Below are positions 33,328 to 43,332 of a stretch of 64,000 bases of DNA, one piece after another. Under the pieces are notes generated by a model that did no database searches, was not told the DNA's origin, and saw only the letters and a program-made list of their open reading frames with translations. This stretch comes from an uncultured bacterium. Lineage in GTDB: Bacteria > Omnitrophota > Omnitrophia > Omnitrophales > Aquincolibacteriaceae. The DNA is taken from positions 329,459 to 393,458 of the forward strand of contig CAYSSX010000001.1 of assembly GCA_964434115.1 (NCBI GenBank). Reading direction: 5' to 3'. The position numbers and the translations under genes were made by a program. Numbering within the stretch: position 1 is the first letter of the stretch; every line of letters begins with the position of its first letter.

Positions 33328-33981
33328 TTGAATCACCTTCTTCAAAAACCGGTTTTCCGTTATCTCGCGCCTTTTGTGGTCTTTATGCTGCTCACCGAAT
33401 TGCAGCGCTTCGCGGACGCGCGCTCGATTTTTTTTCTTTACGCCCTTAAAACGTTTTTAACCGCCGCGCTCCTTTTTTGGGGGTTCCGCGGCCGTCCGGA
33501 AGAAATTCCCGGCTCCTGGGATTTCCGCGCCGCGGCGCTCGGTATTCTTGTTTTAATCCTCTGGCTGATTCCCGCGCTTTTTTGGGCACCCGCGGAAACG
33601 CCCTCCTTCAATCCGGAGGTTTTTGCAACCCCGGCCGCAAAGGCCGCGGCTATTCTGATCCGCATCGCGGGCGCCGTGCTTGTGGTTCCCCTGATGGAAG
33701 AACTCGTGTGGCGTTCTTTTCTCATGCGCTATTTGATCCAGAATGATTTTCTCAAAATCCCCCTCGGTACTTTTAAACCTTTTGCCTTCTGGATGACCGT
33801 GGGCGCTTTCACGCTCGTTCACCGTTCCTGGGAATGGCCGGCCGCGGTCTTGACCGGTGTCCTTTACGGCGGCTATCTGGTCAAAACCCGGAACCTCAAG
33901 GGCTGTGTCCTTGCCCACGCTGTCACCAATCTGGGGCTCGGTCTTTATACCGTCGTCACCCGGCAGTGGTTTTTCTGGTGA
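33328..33981 (+). CDS. CPBP (CAAX protease/Abi) family intramembrane metalloprotease
   Basis: Conserved EELVWRSF (EExxxR), FTLVHRSW and LAHAVTNL motifs within a multi-TM protein. Confidence 0.8.
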   Translation: MNHLLQKPVFRYLAPFVVFMLLTELQRFADARSIFFLYALKTFLTAALLFWGFRGRPEEIPGSWDFRAAALGILVLILWLIPALFWAPAETPSFNPEVFATPAAKAAAILIRIAGAVLVVPLMEELVWRSFLMRYLIQNDFLKIPLGTFKPFAFWMTVGAFTLVHRSWEWPAAVLTGVLYGGYLVKTRNLKGCVLAHAVTNLGLGLYTVVTRQWFFW

Positions 33982-33985
33982 ACCC

Positions 33986-35332
33986 TTGACCTTCCGCGCA
34001 AGACGCCTCGCCGGAATCGTCCTTATCACTTCCCTTTTTTCCGGCTGCGCGGCGCACCGGCTTCCGGCGCCCGCGCTCAGAGACAAATCCTTTGTTCCCA
34101 CCACCCCCGTGATCCTGATCCCGGGAACCACGCGCACCAAACTTGTGGACAGCCGCACCGGCGCCACGGTCTGGGGCAATCTTTTCAATTACCTGGGGCC
34201 GCACACGGAAGACATTCTGTCGCTTCCCATCGACTCCACGGACCTGGAAAAAAATGTGAGCCCGGTCGTGCCCGGGGAACTGCTGGATGAAATCGCTATT
34301 ATTCCCAAACTCCTGGAGCTCCAGCTTTACACCAAATTCCTGCGCGTGATGAAACAAAACCAGTACCGCAAGGGCGATATTGACCACCCTCAGCCTGGTG
34401 AAAACTTTTTCATTTTTTTGTATGACTGGCGGCTTCCCCATGACGCGAATGCGCGCATCCTGGCTGAAAAAATAGAAAAACTCAAAGAAACGCTGGGGCC
34501 CGCGGGGCAGAAGTTTGACATTGTCGCGCATTCTTCGGCGGTTTTTATCGCCCGCTACTACCTGCTCTACGGAGGCAGGGATGTCCGGGGCCAAGCGGAC
34601 CCCGTCCCTGATAACGCGGGCGCGCCCGCGATCCGGAAACTGATTCTTGTCAACCCCGCGCATGAGGGGCTTCTTTACGCGTTCCGGATTCTCCACGAGG
34701 GCTTTAAGCCGGTTCATTTCCGCGGGGCGCGGAAGTTCACGCCCTATGAAATTTTCACGCACCCCGCTTTCTTTGCGCTCATGCCGCGCTACGACAAAAA
34801 CCCGTTTGTGGATTCCCTGGGCGAGCCCGTCAGCATAAGCCTTTATGACGCGGACAACTGGGTGAAATACGGCTGGTCGGTTTTCAGCAAAAGCGAACAG
34901 GCGCGGCTGGAGGCACAAATGAAACAGCGCTTCCCCATGACTTGGGAGCCTGAAATGAAAAAAGAAAACGACAAACGCTTCGCGTATTTAAAGGCCGTGC
35001 TCGCGCACGCGCTGTGGCTGCAAAAAGCGGTGAGTGAAAAACGCCATCCCCTCCCGGCCGGAATCGACGCGCATGTTTTTGTCACGGAATGGGGCCCGAC
35101 GCCTGAACGGGTGTGCCTTGAGAGCCCTGAAGGGGCTCTCACCTTTGAGGATGGGAATTGTCAGGCGGAGCTGACGGCGGACGGCGATAATTTGGTCACA
35201 AGCTCAAGCCTGCGCGGGCAGTACGGAGAGAATCCGCCGAAGTACATTTTTCTTAAGGAAAAACACAGCAAGATCGCCAACAACAAGCAGGTTCACGCGC
35301 ATATTCTGCACATCTTGCGCGATGAGGAATAA
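33986..35332 (+). CDS. Lipoprotein alpha/beta-hydrolase (LCAT/PGAP1-like lipase/acyltransferase family), TTG start
   Basis: The ORF is open from 33857 but overlaps the CPBP gene. The TTG at 33986 gives a lipoprotein signal TFRARRLAGIVLITSLFSGC. The nucleophile-elbow-like motif is FDIVAHSSAV. Confidence 0.5.
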   Translation: MTFRARRLAGIVLITSLFSGCAAHRLPAPALRDKSFVPTTPVILIPGTTRTKLVDSRTGATVWGNLFNYLGPHTEDILSLPIDSTDLEKNVSPVVPGELLDEIAIIPKLLELQLYTKFLRVMKQNQYRKGDIDHPQPGENFFIFLYDWRLPHDANARILAEKIEKLKETLGPAGQKFDIVAHSSAVFIARYYLLYGGRDVRGQADPVPDNAGAPAIRKLILVNPAHEGLLYAFRILHEGFKPVHFRGARKFTPYEIFTHPAFFALMPRYDKNPFVDSLGEPVSISLYDADNWVKYGWSVFSKSEQARLEAQMKQRFPMTWEPEMKKENDKRFAYLKAVLAHALWLQKAVSEKRHPLPAGIDAHVFVTEWGPTPERVCLESPEGALTFEDGNCQAELTADGDNLVTSSSLRGQYGENPPKYIFLKEKHSKIANNKQVHAHILHILRDEE

Positions 35333-35355
35333 GCCGCGGTTTGAGGCAGGCTGTT

Positions 35356-37140
35356 TTACTTGCCCGGATTTTCCAAGCGTCCCTGTAATTCCAGCCAGCG
35401 CTCTTCTTCTTTGGCCAGCTCGCCGGTCACCTGATCCAGACGGATTTTGCGGTCCTTGGAATACGCCGTGGGTTTGGCGATAAATTCCTGAGTAATGGCC
35501 TCTTTCTCCGTTTTCAGGGTCTGGATTTTTTCTTCGCAGGTTTTGATTTCCGCTTTGAGTTTGGTCTTTTCGCGTTCCAGGTCCGCGCTTGTATCCTTGC
35601 GGTGGGAATGGGTCTTGGTTTCCTTGATGGCCGGACCATCGCTGAAAAGCTCGTCCCGAGTCTGGTTCTCAAGGTGATAGACGTAATCTTCGTAAGTGCC
35701 CGGGTAGCGCATCACTTTCCCGTCTTTTACATCCAGGATCGTGGTCGCGATCAGATTCACAAAGGTGCGGTCGTGGCAGATGAAAAACACCGTCCCTTCG
35801 AATTCGCGCAAGGCCGCGCCCAAAGCTTCCACGGTTTCAAAATCCAAATGGTTGGTCGGTTCGTCCAGCATCAGCACGTGGCATTTGGCAAGAAGAAGGC
35901 CGGCCAGCACAAGACGGGCGCGCTCGCCTCCGGACAGCACCTTCACTTTTTTCTTCACGTCATCGCCCTTGAAAAGAAAACTGCCGGCAATGTTCAGCAC
36001 GTCCTGGGCTGAGACCTGACGATCCGCGGCCCGCGTCAAATACGTCACCACATCGTCTTCAGGGTGCAGGGTTTGGAACACGTGCTGGGCGTAATAGCCG
36101 ATTTTAAGGCCCGTGCCCCAGCGGAAAGTGCCGGCCTTGGGTTTCAAATCGCCGGCAAGCGTTCTCATAAAAGTCGTTTTCCCCTGGCCGTTATCTCCAA
36201 GAATGGCCACGCGGGAACCGCGCTCCACTTCCATATTAATACCCGCGGCCACGACTTTTTCCGGATACCCGATACTGAGCTCGTCCACAAAAAGGGCAAT
36301 GCCGCCCTTGCGTTCAATGGGCGGGATCTTGATCGTCACCGTGCTCATGGGATGCCCGATTTCAATGGTCTTCAATTTATCAATCTGCTTCATCTTGGAT
36401 TTCGCGCGGGTCGCGGTGGAGGCGCGGGCCTTGAACCGGTCCACGAATTCCTGGAGCTGCTGGCGTTTTTTTTCAACCGCCTGGTTAAAGGCCATCTTCT
36501 GCTGGATCTGCTCTTCCTTGAACGCGAAATACTCTTCCACGTCGCCCGGATAAAGCATGACTTCCCCGTTTTCCACTTCCAGCGTGTGGTCGCAGGTGCG
36601 TTTGAGGAATTCCCGGTCGTGAGACACAATCAGAAAGCCGCCGTTAAAATCCTGTAAAAAATTTTCGAGAATAATCAGCGTGCTTAAGTCCAGATAGTTG
36701 GTCGGTTCATCAAGCACCAGAAAGTTGGGGTCCTTCAGAAGCATGGCCGCGAGTTTCACGCGCGTGCGGTAACCGCCCGGCAGCATCCGGATCGGCTCTT
36801 CCAGTTTGTCGTACTTAATCTGAAAGCGCCCCGCGATTTCCGAACACTCCCAGTCTTCCTTGCCCGTGTACCGGGTCAAAAAACCCACCACGGTTTCATC
36901 TTCTTTATAAGGGTCATGCTGTTCCAGGTAACTCAAACGCAGATCGGAATTCCGGCTGATCGTGCCGCTGTCCGCTTCTTCATGCCCCGTGATAATCCGG
37001 CAGAGCGTGGACTTGCCAGTTCCGTTCCTGCCGATCACGCCGATCTTCTGGTATTTGGAAAAGGAAGCGGTCGCGTCTTCAAGCAGCACGCGGGCGCCGT
37101 AACTTTTGGTGATTCCCTTGATTTGAAGCATCACACTCAT
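35356..37140 (-). CDS. ABC-F family ATPase (two ABC domains, coiled-coil C-terminus; EttA/Uup-like)
   Basis: Two Walker A motifs (GRNGTGKST, GDNGQGKTT), two LSGG signatures and two Walker B motifs. The C-terminus is a charged coiled coil. Confidence 0.9.
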   Translation of the reverse strand: MSVMLQIKGITKSYGARVLLEDATASFSKYQKIGVIGRNGTGKSTLCRIITGHEEADSGTISRNSDLRLSYLEQHDPYKEDETVVGFLTRYTGKEDWECSEIAGRFQIKYDKLEEPIRMLPGGYRTRVKLAAMLLKDPNFLVLDEPTNYLDLSTLIILENFLQDFNGGFLIVSHDREFLKRTCDHTLEVENGEVMLYPGDVEEYFAFKEEQIQQKMAFNQAVEKKRQQLQEFVDRFKARASTATRAKSKMKQIDKLKTIEIGHPMSTVTIKIPPIERKGGIALFVDELSIGYPEKVVAAGINMEVERGSRVAILGDNGQGKTTFMRTLAGDLKPKAGTFRWGTGLKIGYYAQHVFQTLHPEDDVVTYLTRAADRQVSAQDVLNIAGSFLFKGDDVKKKVKVLSGGERARLVLAGLLLAKCHVLMLDEPTNHLDFETVEALGAALREFEGTVFFICHDRTFVNLIATTILDVKDGKVMRYPGTYEDYVYHLENQTRDELFSDGPAIKETKTHSHRKDTSADLEREKTKLKAEIKTCEEKIQTLKTEKEAITQEFIAKPTAYSKDRKIRLDQVTGELAKEEERWLELQGRLENPGK

Positions 37141-37172
37141 GGAACAAATCCTTCCTTATAAATAGAAAAAGT

Positions 37173-38126
37173 TCAAGCTTTGACGATTTTTTTTAGTTCG
37201 TGCGGAAGCGGGCTTTCAAAAACAAGCGCCGCGCCCGTCTTCGGGTGCCGGATCTCCAGCCTGCAGGCGTGCAGCGCAAGACGCCCGGCAGGATTTGTCC
37301 GGCATCCGTAATCCTTGTCCCCCGCGATCGGACAGCCGAGATCCGCCATATGAACGCGGATCTGGTGCTTGCGTCCGGTTTCCAGGCGCACTTCGACCAG
37401 CGAATGACTGCCGTCCGAAACCAGCACCCGGTAATGCGTGACCGCCCATTTGGAATCCGGCGTCTTGGGGCCGCTGATCATGCGCAGGATTTTATTTTCG
37501 GTTAAATAACTTTCGACCGTTCCCTGTTTTTCTTCAGGGCAGCCGTCCACCACCGCGCCGTAGGTTTTAGAGAATTCTTCCCAATGCTCTTGCAGCCAGT
37601 CCTTGGTCTCGCCGTCTTTGGCAAAGACCAGAAGTCCGGAGGCGCCGCGGTCAAGACGGTGCACCACAAAAATCTGTTTTTTCCGGACCGGTTCTTCGTC
37701 CTCGTCTGAGAAGCGTGTCTTCGACCGCGCGGTTTCACGGCGGTTCAGATAATCATTGACGGCAAACATGGCCGTGCGGTCGCGGATTTTATCCGTCGCA
37801 ATCGTCAGAAGTCCGGCGGGTTTATCGACGACGATAATGCTTTCATCTTCGTGGATCACGCGCACGTCCAGATCCGGGCCGGCCACGCCGTCTTCAGGAC
37901 GCTTGGTTCCCAATTTAAGGGTGTCGCCCGCTTTCAGGGCAAAATCAAACTGCGTCACCGGGCGCTCATTTACAAAAACGCCGCCGTATTTCAGGCTTTG
38001 CTTAAGGCGCGTGCGCTTGATTTCCGGAAACAAACGGATCAAGGTTTCCAAAAGCGGTCCTGGGTTATCGACAATCAATGTTCTCATAGGAATCTCGCAT
38101 TCTATGGAGAAGGCGCTTGGCCACAA
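37173..38126 (-). CDS. RluA-family pseudouridine synthase
   Basis: Catalytic motif HRLDRGASGLLVFAKD with an S4-like N-terminus. The true start may be the Met at 38087 (MRTLIVD). Confidence 0.85.
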   Translation of the reverse strand: MWPSAFSIECEIPMRTLIVDNPGPLLETLIRLFPEIKRTRLKQSLKYGGVFVNERPVTQFDFALKAGDTLKLGTKRPEDGVAGPDLDVRVIHEDESIIVVDKPAGLLTIATDKIRDRTAMFAVNDYLNRRETARSKTRFSDEDEEPVRKKQIFVVHRLDRGASGLLVFAKDGETKDWLQEHWEEFSKTYGAVVDGCPEEKQGTVESYLTENKILRMISGPKTPDSKWAVTHYRVLVSDGSHSLVEVRLETGRKHQIRVHMADLGCPIAGDKDYGCRTNPAGRLALHACRLEIRHPKTGAALVFESPLPHELKKIVKA

Positions 38127-38355
38127 GAAGAAAAGACAAAGATTTTAGCTTGTGCGGCTCCGGACCTTTTCCGGGCAAAAATGAGCAGCGTATTCAGATT
38201 TGGCCAAATATAGCAATTTCTAACATTACTCATCAAGCTCTTGCAGTCATTCTCTTTACACCTTACTCTTGGTTTATCAGCGGGATTTGTGAAGAGAGCT
38301 GAAAAAGTTTTGCGGTTTTTGAACTAAGGGCGCTTAGGCGTCCGGCAGGCTCAGA

Positions 38356-38392
38356 AAAAAAACGGCGGAGGCCGCTAGCTCCCGCCGTTTTT
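38356..38392 (-). terminator. Rho-independent terminator downstream of the small gene 38416..38628 (bidirectional-capable)
   Basis: Hairpin ACGGCGGAG-N9-CTCCCGCCGT, with an A8 run on one side and a T7–T8 run on the other. Confidence 0.65.
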
Positions 38393-38415
38393 TTATTTTT
38401 CAGGGACTTTCCTAT

Positions 38416-38628
38416 TTATTGAGGTTTGCGTCTGGGGTCCTCAAGAATATTACGGATTTCGTAAGGGTCTGCCCCAAACTCGCGGGCAATCATAATGATA
38501 TCGGGACAATCTTCGTAGCGTTCCTCCAGCAGGGCTTGTTTCAGGTAAAGAATCGCAGTCAGTTTTACAGGGTGACGTCCAATACGGACTGCTGTCAAAT
38601 CAGGGGCGATTAAAACAGGTGTTCCCAT
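38416..38628 (-). CDS. Small hypothetical protein (70 aa)
   Basis: Clean ORF bracketed by a terminator. No domain recognised. Confidence 0.4.
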   Translation of the reverse strand: MGTPVLIAPDLTAVRIGRHPVKLTAILYLKQALLEERYEDCPDIIMIAREFGADPYEIRNILEDPRRKPQ

Positions 38629-38698
38629 AAGCCCTCCTTTTTGTGACTCCCCTTTATTGTCGGCCAGGGAGGTGTAAAGGCTTTAGGATATTTCTTTT

Positions 38699-39094
38699 TC
38701 AGGGGACTCCCGCGGGACTGTTCTGTGTTTCCCGGGAATAAGGCTTTGAAAATTTTCCGGTCTGCACAATGGCCATCTCGGATTCCAGCCCCGTCAACTC
38801 ATGGCGCGAGCCGTCCGGCTGAATCACGGCCACCCGGATCCTCGAACGCGCGAGCGGCGGGTCGGCAACACTGGCGCCGATTCTTATCTTCACGGTGTTT
38901 TCAGGAAAATCGAGCGAGGCATTGGCCGCAACCACCTGGGTTTCGTAATCCCCTGATTCCCGGATCAGCCACACTTTCACCGCCACATCACTTTCATTTT
39001 TGATACCCCCGGAACTGCCGAACAGGTCCGCGTGAACTTCACGACTGAGCACCAGGCATAAAACCATAAGAAAGAACGCGGGGATTTTTTTCAT
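38699..39094 (-). CDS. Secreted hypothetical protein, translationally coupled to bolA-like gene
   Basis: Signal peptide MKKIPAFFLMVLCLVLSREVHA. Its ATG (39094..39092) overlaps the BolA stop (39093..39091) in an ATGA arrangement. Confidence 0.5.
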   Translation of the reverse strand: MKKIPAFFLMVLCLVLSREVHADLFGSSGGIKNESDVAVKVWLIRESGDYETQVVAANASLDFPENTVKIRIGASVADPPLARSRIRVAVIQPDGSRHELTGLESEMAIVQTGKFSKPYSRETQNSPAGVP

Positions 39095-39402
39095 CCCGCT
39101 TTCCTCTGCCACTCCTCGGGAGTAAAAAGTTTCAGGCTCAGCGCGTGGATCGACTGTTTCATTTCCTCCTGAAGCGCGGTGTAAACAGCGCGGTGGCGCT
39201 CCACCGGCCCCAGCCCCCGAAAAACCGGGCTAACCACACAGGCTTCGTAATGCCCGCCTCCGGTTTCACGCACGCCCGCATGACCGCGGTGGCGCGCGCT
39301 TTCGTCACATACTTCCACATGCTCGGCCGCGAGACGGGTTTTCAAAAGGGTTTCAAGTTCCGCTGCGTTCATTTTCATCTCCGTTTTTTCCCGCAGGCCC
39401 AA
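39091..39402 (-). CDS. BolA family protein
   Basis: Conserved VCDESARHRGH...GGHYEACVVSPVFRGLGPVERHRAVY core. The start may be an internal Met near 39378 or 39372. Confidence 0.8.
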   Translation of the reverse strand: MGLREKTEMKMNAAELETLLKTRLAAEHVEVCDESARHRGHAGVRETGGGHYEACVVSPVFRGLGPVERHRAVYTALQEEMKQSIHALSLKLFTPEEWQRKAG

Positions 39403-39574
39403 AGACCTTTTGGTACCCGTGAATCAAAAGAAACATTCCGCCCATAAAAAAAGACACGAAGCCCAGCATCCCCAGCGTGGGATCCTGCTGCGACCCCGCC
39501 CAAAAAGCCAGCGCGAGAAGAACAAGGCCCGGAATTCCGTAACTCAAAAAAATACGGCCGGCTCCGGGGTTCAT
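39353..39574 (-). CDS. Possible small 2-TM membrane protein
   Basis: Two hydrophobic helices, but it overlaps the start of the BolA ORF. The call is uncertain. Confidence 0.25.
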   Translation of the reverse strand: MNPGAGRIFLSYGIPGLVLLALAFWAGSQQDPTLGMLGFVSFFMGGMFLLIHGYQKVFGPAGKNGDENERSGT

Positions 39575-40422
39575 AACGCCCCCTCCCCGGCTTCCAGCAA
39601 AGCCTTGTAGCCTTCACGAAAAGACGGGTACTGGAAAACAAAACCCAGCTTCTGGAGCTTGAGACTGCTCACCCGTTTTCCCAAGGGCTCCCCCGGGCTC
39701 CACTCAGGAAGCGGTTCACTCCGCGGCACGCGTTCAAGCAGCCACTCCGCCATTTCCCGGTTCACCGGCGGCTCCGGATCAGCGCCCGCGTAAACCTCGC
39801 CCGCCTGACCTTGTTCGAAAAGAAATTGAATCGCGCGCACGCAATCCTCCCGGTGAATTAAATTTAAATACCGGAGCGGGGCCGCGGCTTCGGGCCAGCG
39901 GCCTTCCCGGAAAGCTTTAAGACGGTTACGCTCCGGTCCGTAAATCCCCGCGAAACGAACCACAACCGAGGGAATTCCGGAGGCAAGCACGGTTTTCTCG
40001 GATTCAAGAAGCACCGAGGGTTTGACCTCTCCTGGAAACGGGACCACGGTTTCGTCCACCCAGCCTGTCCGGGTTTCTCCCCAGACCGAAGTGCTGGAAA
40101 CCCAGAGGATTTTTCCGGCGCCGCGAAGGCGTTTTAAAACTTCCTTCAAACCTTCCAGATAAACCCTGCGGTAGTCGTCTTCGGTATGCCCGTCGGGCGC
40201 GGCAGAAAAAAGGACCCGTGCGCTTTCAGGAAAAGAAGCGGGTAAGGATTCAGGCTGGGTGAGATCGCCTCGGAGAGGGATTATTCTTGAAGCTTCAAGC
40301 GCGGCGGCTTTTTCAGGGGTTCGAACCAACGCATAGACCTTCGTACCGGATGCGGCCGCCCGCCTTGCGGTTTCAGCGCCTATATACCCCGGCCCAATAA
40401 TCAGCAAACTTTGCTTGGTCAC
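39571..40422 (-). CDS. NAD(P)-binding epimerase/dehydratase-family (atypical SDR) protein
   Basis: N-terminal Rossmann motif LLIIGPGYIGAETARR with a YxxxK-like region. Confidence 0.75.
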   Translation of the reverse strand: MTKQSLLIIGPGYIGAETARRAAASGTKVYALVRTPEKAAALEASRIIPLRGDLTQPESLPASFPESARVLFSAAPDGHTEDDYRRVYLEGLKEVLKRLRGAGKILWVSSTSVWGETRTGWVDETVVPFPGEVKPSVLLESEKTVLASGIPSVVVRFAGIYGPERNRLKAFREGRWPEAAAPLRYLNLIHREDCVRAIQFLFEQGQAGEVYAGADPEPPVNREMAEWLLERVPRSEPLPEWSPGEPLGKRVSSLKLQKLGFVFQYPSFREGYKALLEAGEGAL

Positions 40423-40464
40423 AGTACCCCAAAGAACTCTATTGAAGATTCGGGGCGGAATGAA

Positions 40465-40929
40465 TCAGGCTTGTTTGTCTGCGGTTTTAACAAGCCCTGG
40501 CGGCGGTGCAAAAATTTCGGTCCGGTTTTGACGAAGGCCCTGAATACTCTGAACATCACGAAGCATTTGAACATCGGCTTGGCTCGGGATTGCACGAATT
40601 GAATTAACGGATTGCAAAAACTTAACCTGAGAGGCTTGTGCCGTTATATTTGTCGTATCCGCGGCAAGCTTTGCGCTTTGGACTGTTGAGATCGTCGTCT
40701 CAAGAGAGCGGATAAATTTCTTAAGCGCCTCTTCCTCATCTTTGGTCATGGGTTCAAGGCGGGTCACTTTACCAGCCTCGGGGTTCTCCGTTTTCTCGGA
40801 GAAATCCATCCAGGATTTGGCCTGCGCTGCCGCCGTCTGCGCAGCCTCGCCTTTTTTAGCAGCCGCAGCGGTCCCTGTTACGAGGAAGGAAAGCATTGTC
40901 AACATAAGCCATTTCGAAGAACCCTTCAT
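40465..40929 (-). CDS. Secreted hypothetical protein
   Basis: Signal peptide MKGSSKWLMLTMLSFLVTGTAAAAKKG. The rest is helical and charged. Confidence 0.5.
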   Translation of the reverse strand: MKGSSKWLMLTMLSFLVTGTAAAAKKGEAAQTAAAQAKSWMDFSEKTENPEAGKVTRLEPMTKDEEEALKKFIRSLETTISTVQSAKLAADTTNITAQASQVKFLQSVNSIRAIPSQADVQMLRDVQSIQGLRQNRTEIFAPPPGLVKTADKQA

Positions 40930-41079
40930 AAATAAGCCCCCATTTTGTTTTCATGACGCAGGTCTTTGACGAAGCGTCTGTGTCTTCAAGGATAGAACAT
41001 TATCGGCACGTCCTGCCGCGAACTTTCGCAGGAATTATCTAAACTCTTGGCGCAGCCCGGACGAAAATAAAAAGCCATT

Positions 41080-41922
41080 ATGACACCTCCAACCCAGCGT
41101 AACAACATCCTTATTGTCGATGACGAACCTGAAATCCGGGAAGTCATGGGCATGATGCTGTCTGAACACGGCTACCGAATCCGCACCGCGGCTGACGGCA
41201 TTGAGGCCCTGGAGCTGATCAAGGAAAAGGCACCGGATCTTATTCTCCTCGACATGAACATGCCCCGCATGGGCGGTATTGTCTTCTACCACAATATTGC
41301 CAGCAGCTATGACGGCAGTCCCAAATACCCGGTTTTGGTCATTACCGGACGGGCGGCACTGGAGCAGGTTTTCAAAGACTTCAAAATTGACGGGTTTATC
41401 GGAAAACCTTTTAACTTCGAAGACCTTCTAGCACTGATTGAAAAGACCATGGTCAAGCACTACGGCGGCGGGATCAAGTCCGATCCCCCTCCGGAAGATC
41501 TTCCGAAATCCAAAAAGAAAAATCCGCGCATTCTCGCGATTGACGATGACTCGGACCGCTTTCACGCGATTGTCATCAGTTTTATGAATGCGGGTTACGA
41601 AGTCCTGAACGCCAAAAACAACCGCATTGCCCTGCATTCCGCGACCTTTGAAGAGCCGGACGCTATTTTCATGAAGCTGAAAAACCCGGCGCCGGATTCC
41701 CCTGAATCCCAGCTTGCGGCCGCGATCCGCCAGATTGAAAAAGCCGCCGCGATCCCGCTGGTCTTTTACCCTGCTGGCACTTCTCCCTTTTTTCCTTCGG
41801 TCATTGAGTACCTGACCAAAACGATTTCCAACAGCCGGGTAATGCCTGCGGGCGATCCGGATCTTCTGCTCCGGGAATTCGAAAAGATTCTTTCCGAAAG
41901 ACGTTCCGCGCCTCCGCTTTAA
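41080..41922 (+). CDS. Response-regulator receiver protein (one canonical REC domain plus a degenerate second REC-like domain)
   Basis: The first REC domain (ILIVDDEPEIREV...DLILLDMNMPRMGG) has the phospho-acceptor Asp. The second REC-like region (RILAIDDDSDRF) lacks it. No output domain. Confidence 0.75.
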   Translation: MTPPTQRNNILIVDDEPEIREVMGMMLSEHGYRIRTAADGIEALELIKEKAPDLILLDMNMPRMGGIVFYHNIASSYDGSPKYPVLVITGRAALEQVFKDFKIDGFIGKPFNFEDLLALIEKTMVKHYGGGIKSDPPPEDLPKSKKKNPRILAIDDDSDRFHAIVISFMNAGYEVLNAKNNRIALHSATFEEPDAIFMKLKNPAPDSPESQLAAAIRQIEKAAAIPLVFYPAGTSPFFPSVIEYLTKTISNSRVMPAGDPDLLLREFEKILSERRSAPPL

Positions 41923-41928
41923 ACCTCT

Positions 41929-42480
41929 TCAGAAATCTTTTAAAAAACGGACCGCGGCTTCCGGATCTTCCGCCGCGTGGTAAAAACTCCTGTATTCAGC
42001 GCGCGCGAAATTCTCAGTAATCATCTTCTCAAAAAAAACCAGCAGCGGATCAAAGTACCCCGCCGTATTAATCAAAACCACCGGCTTCGCGTGGTACTTC
42101 AGCTGTTTCAGGGCCAGCGATTCCGCAAGTTCATCCAAGGACCCCAGCCCCCCGGGAAGACAGACGATCGCGTCTGAACATTGCTGCATACGGGCCTTGC
42201 GTTCATGCAGGTCCCGGGACACGACAAGTTCGTGGCAATCCCCATACGCCATGCCTTTTGTGTTCATCTTTTCAGGAATCACGCCGGTGATCCGCGCCCC
42301 GGCCTGAAGCGCGGCTCTTGCCAGGATTCCCATCAAGCCCGAATCCGTGCCTCCGAAAACAAGCTCGCATCCTTCACGTCCCAGGGTTTCGCCCAGCTGT
42401 CGCGCCGCGGTTTGATAGACCGCCGCGACTTCAACGCTGGAGGAACAGAAAACGAGTACTTTTTTACCTTTAAGATTCAT
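41929..42480 (-). CDS. LOG family protein (cytokinin riboside 5'-monophosphate phosphoribohydrolase-like, TIGR00730)
   Basis: GGTDSGLMG and PGGLGSLDEL (PGGxGTxxE-like) motifs. Confidence 0.85.
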   Translation of the reverse strand: MNLKGKKVLVFCSSSVEVAAVYQTAARQLGETLGREGCELVFGGTDSGLMGILARAALQAGARITGVIPEKMNTKGMAYGDCHELVVSRDLHERKARMQQCSDAIVCLPGGLGSLDELAESLALKQLKYHAKPVVLINTAGYFDPLLVFFEKMITENFARAEYRSFYHAAEDPEAAVRFLKDF

Positions 42481-42516
42481 CGGAAGTCCCGGGGGTTTTG
42501 AACGCTGGGGATTTTA

Positions 42517-43323
42517 TCAAACAGGAATAGGCTGCGCGGCAAATTTCTGCATCTTTTTATACAGTTCGTAACCGGATCCAAACACAATGAGCTGGTTTTC
42601 CTTGAAGCTCTGAAGCGCTGAGTTCTCCATATCCTTGGGACAGACCACAAACAAAGGGATGCCTTTGGTCTCGTCCTTGCCCTGCATACCGGTGTACAGC
42701 TTAGGCACATTCATAATGCCTTTCAGAGTGTGGTAATGACACATCACGAAATCCGGTAAAAGCTTTCTCACTTCATCAAGCCCCTGGGCATCGCCCTGGG
42801 CCGTGAAAACGTTGTAGCCTTCCGCGCGAAGGGCGTCGGTCACCTTGCCCGTGACCTCTTCGTCATAGCCGGCGACCACCACTTTCTTTCCTTTTCCCCG
42901 GCTTGAAGCGGCCTGAGCGTCCGCGGCTTCCTTTTTCTTGTCCACAGGCAGGTCCGGATCAAAGTTCAGGGCGTGTGCCACCTTCGCCACAAGCTCCTGC
43001 GGCTCAAACGGCTTGGAGATAAAAAACGCCAGCTCCCAGCTGGTGAAAAAATCTTTCATGCTTTTACGGGAAGACATCACGATAATCGGAATCGAGCGGT
43101 GCGCGGGGTCCTGCTTGCGGATTTTCTGAACAAAATCATACCCGGTCATTTCCGGCATCAGCACATCCAGAATAATCAGGTCAGGCACTTCCTGGGAGAC
43201 TTTCTCAAAGCCTTCCGTCCCATTCGTGGCCGTAATCACTTCATAGCCCTTGGCTTTCAGCACCGAATAAATCTGGGTGATGAATCCCCTGTCGTCATCA
43301 ATCACAAGAATTTTTTTGGTCAT
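42517..43323 (-). CDS. Response regulator (REC domain plus an unassigned C-terminal domain)
   Basis: KILVIDDD...DLIILDVLMPEMTGYDF receiver domain. The gene sits immediately downstream of the hybrid histidine kinase (43333..46221), which suggests one operon. Confidence 0.8.
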   Translation of the reverse strand: MTKKILVIDDDRGFITQIYSVLKAKGYEVITATNGTEGFEKVSQEVPDLIILDVLMPEMTGYDFVQKIRKQDPAHRSIPIIVMSSRKSMKDFFTSWELAFFISKPFEPQELVAKVAHALNFDPDLPVDKKKEAADAQAASSRGKGKKVVVAGYDEEVTGKVTDALRAEGYNVFTAQGDAQGLDEVRKLLPDFVMCHYHTLKGIMNVPKLYTGMQGKDETKGIPLFVVCPKDMENSALQSFKENQLIVFGSGYELYKKMQKFAAQPIPV

Positions 43324-43332
43324 CGTCTCCGC

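Noticed and set aside
33857-33985. The 5' extension of the lipoprotein hydrolase ORF overlapping the CPBP protease gene
   Set aside because: The extension lies inside the CPBP coding sequence in another frame. The TTG at 33986, 5 nt after the CPBP stop, gives a lipoprotein signal with lipobox LFSGC.
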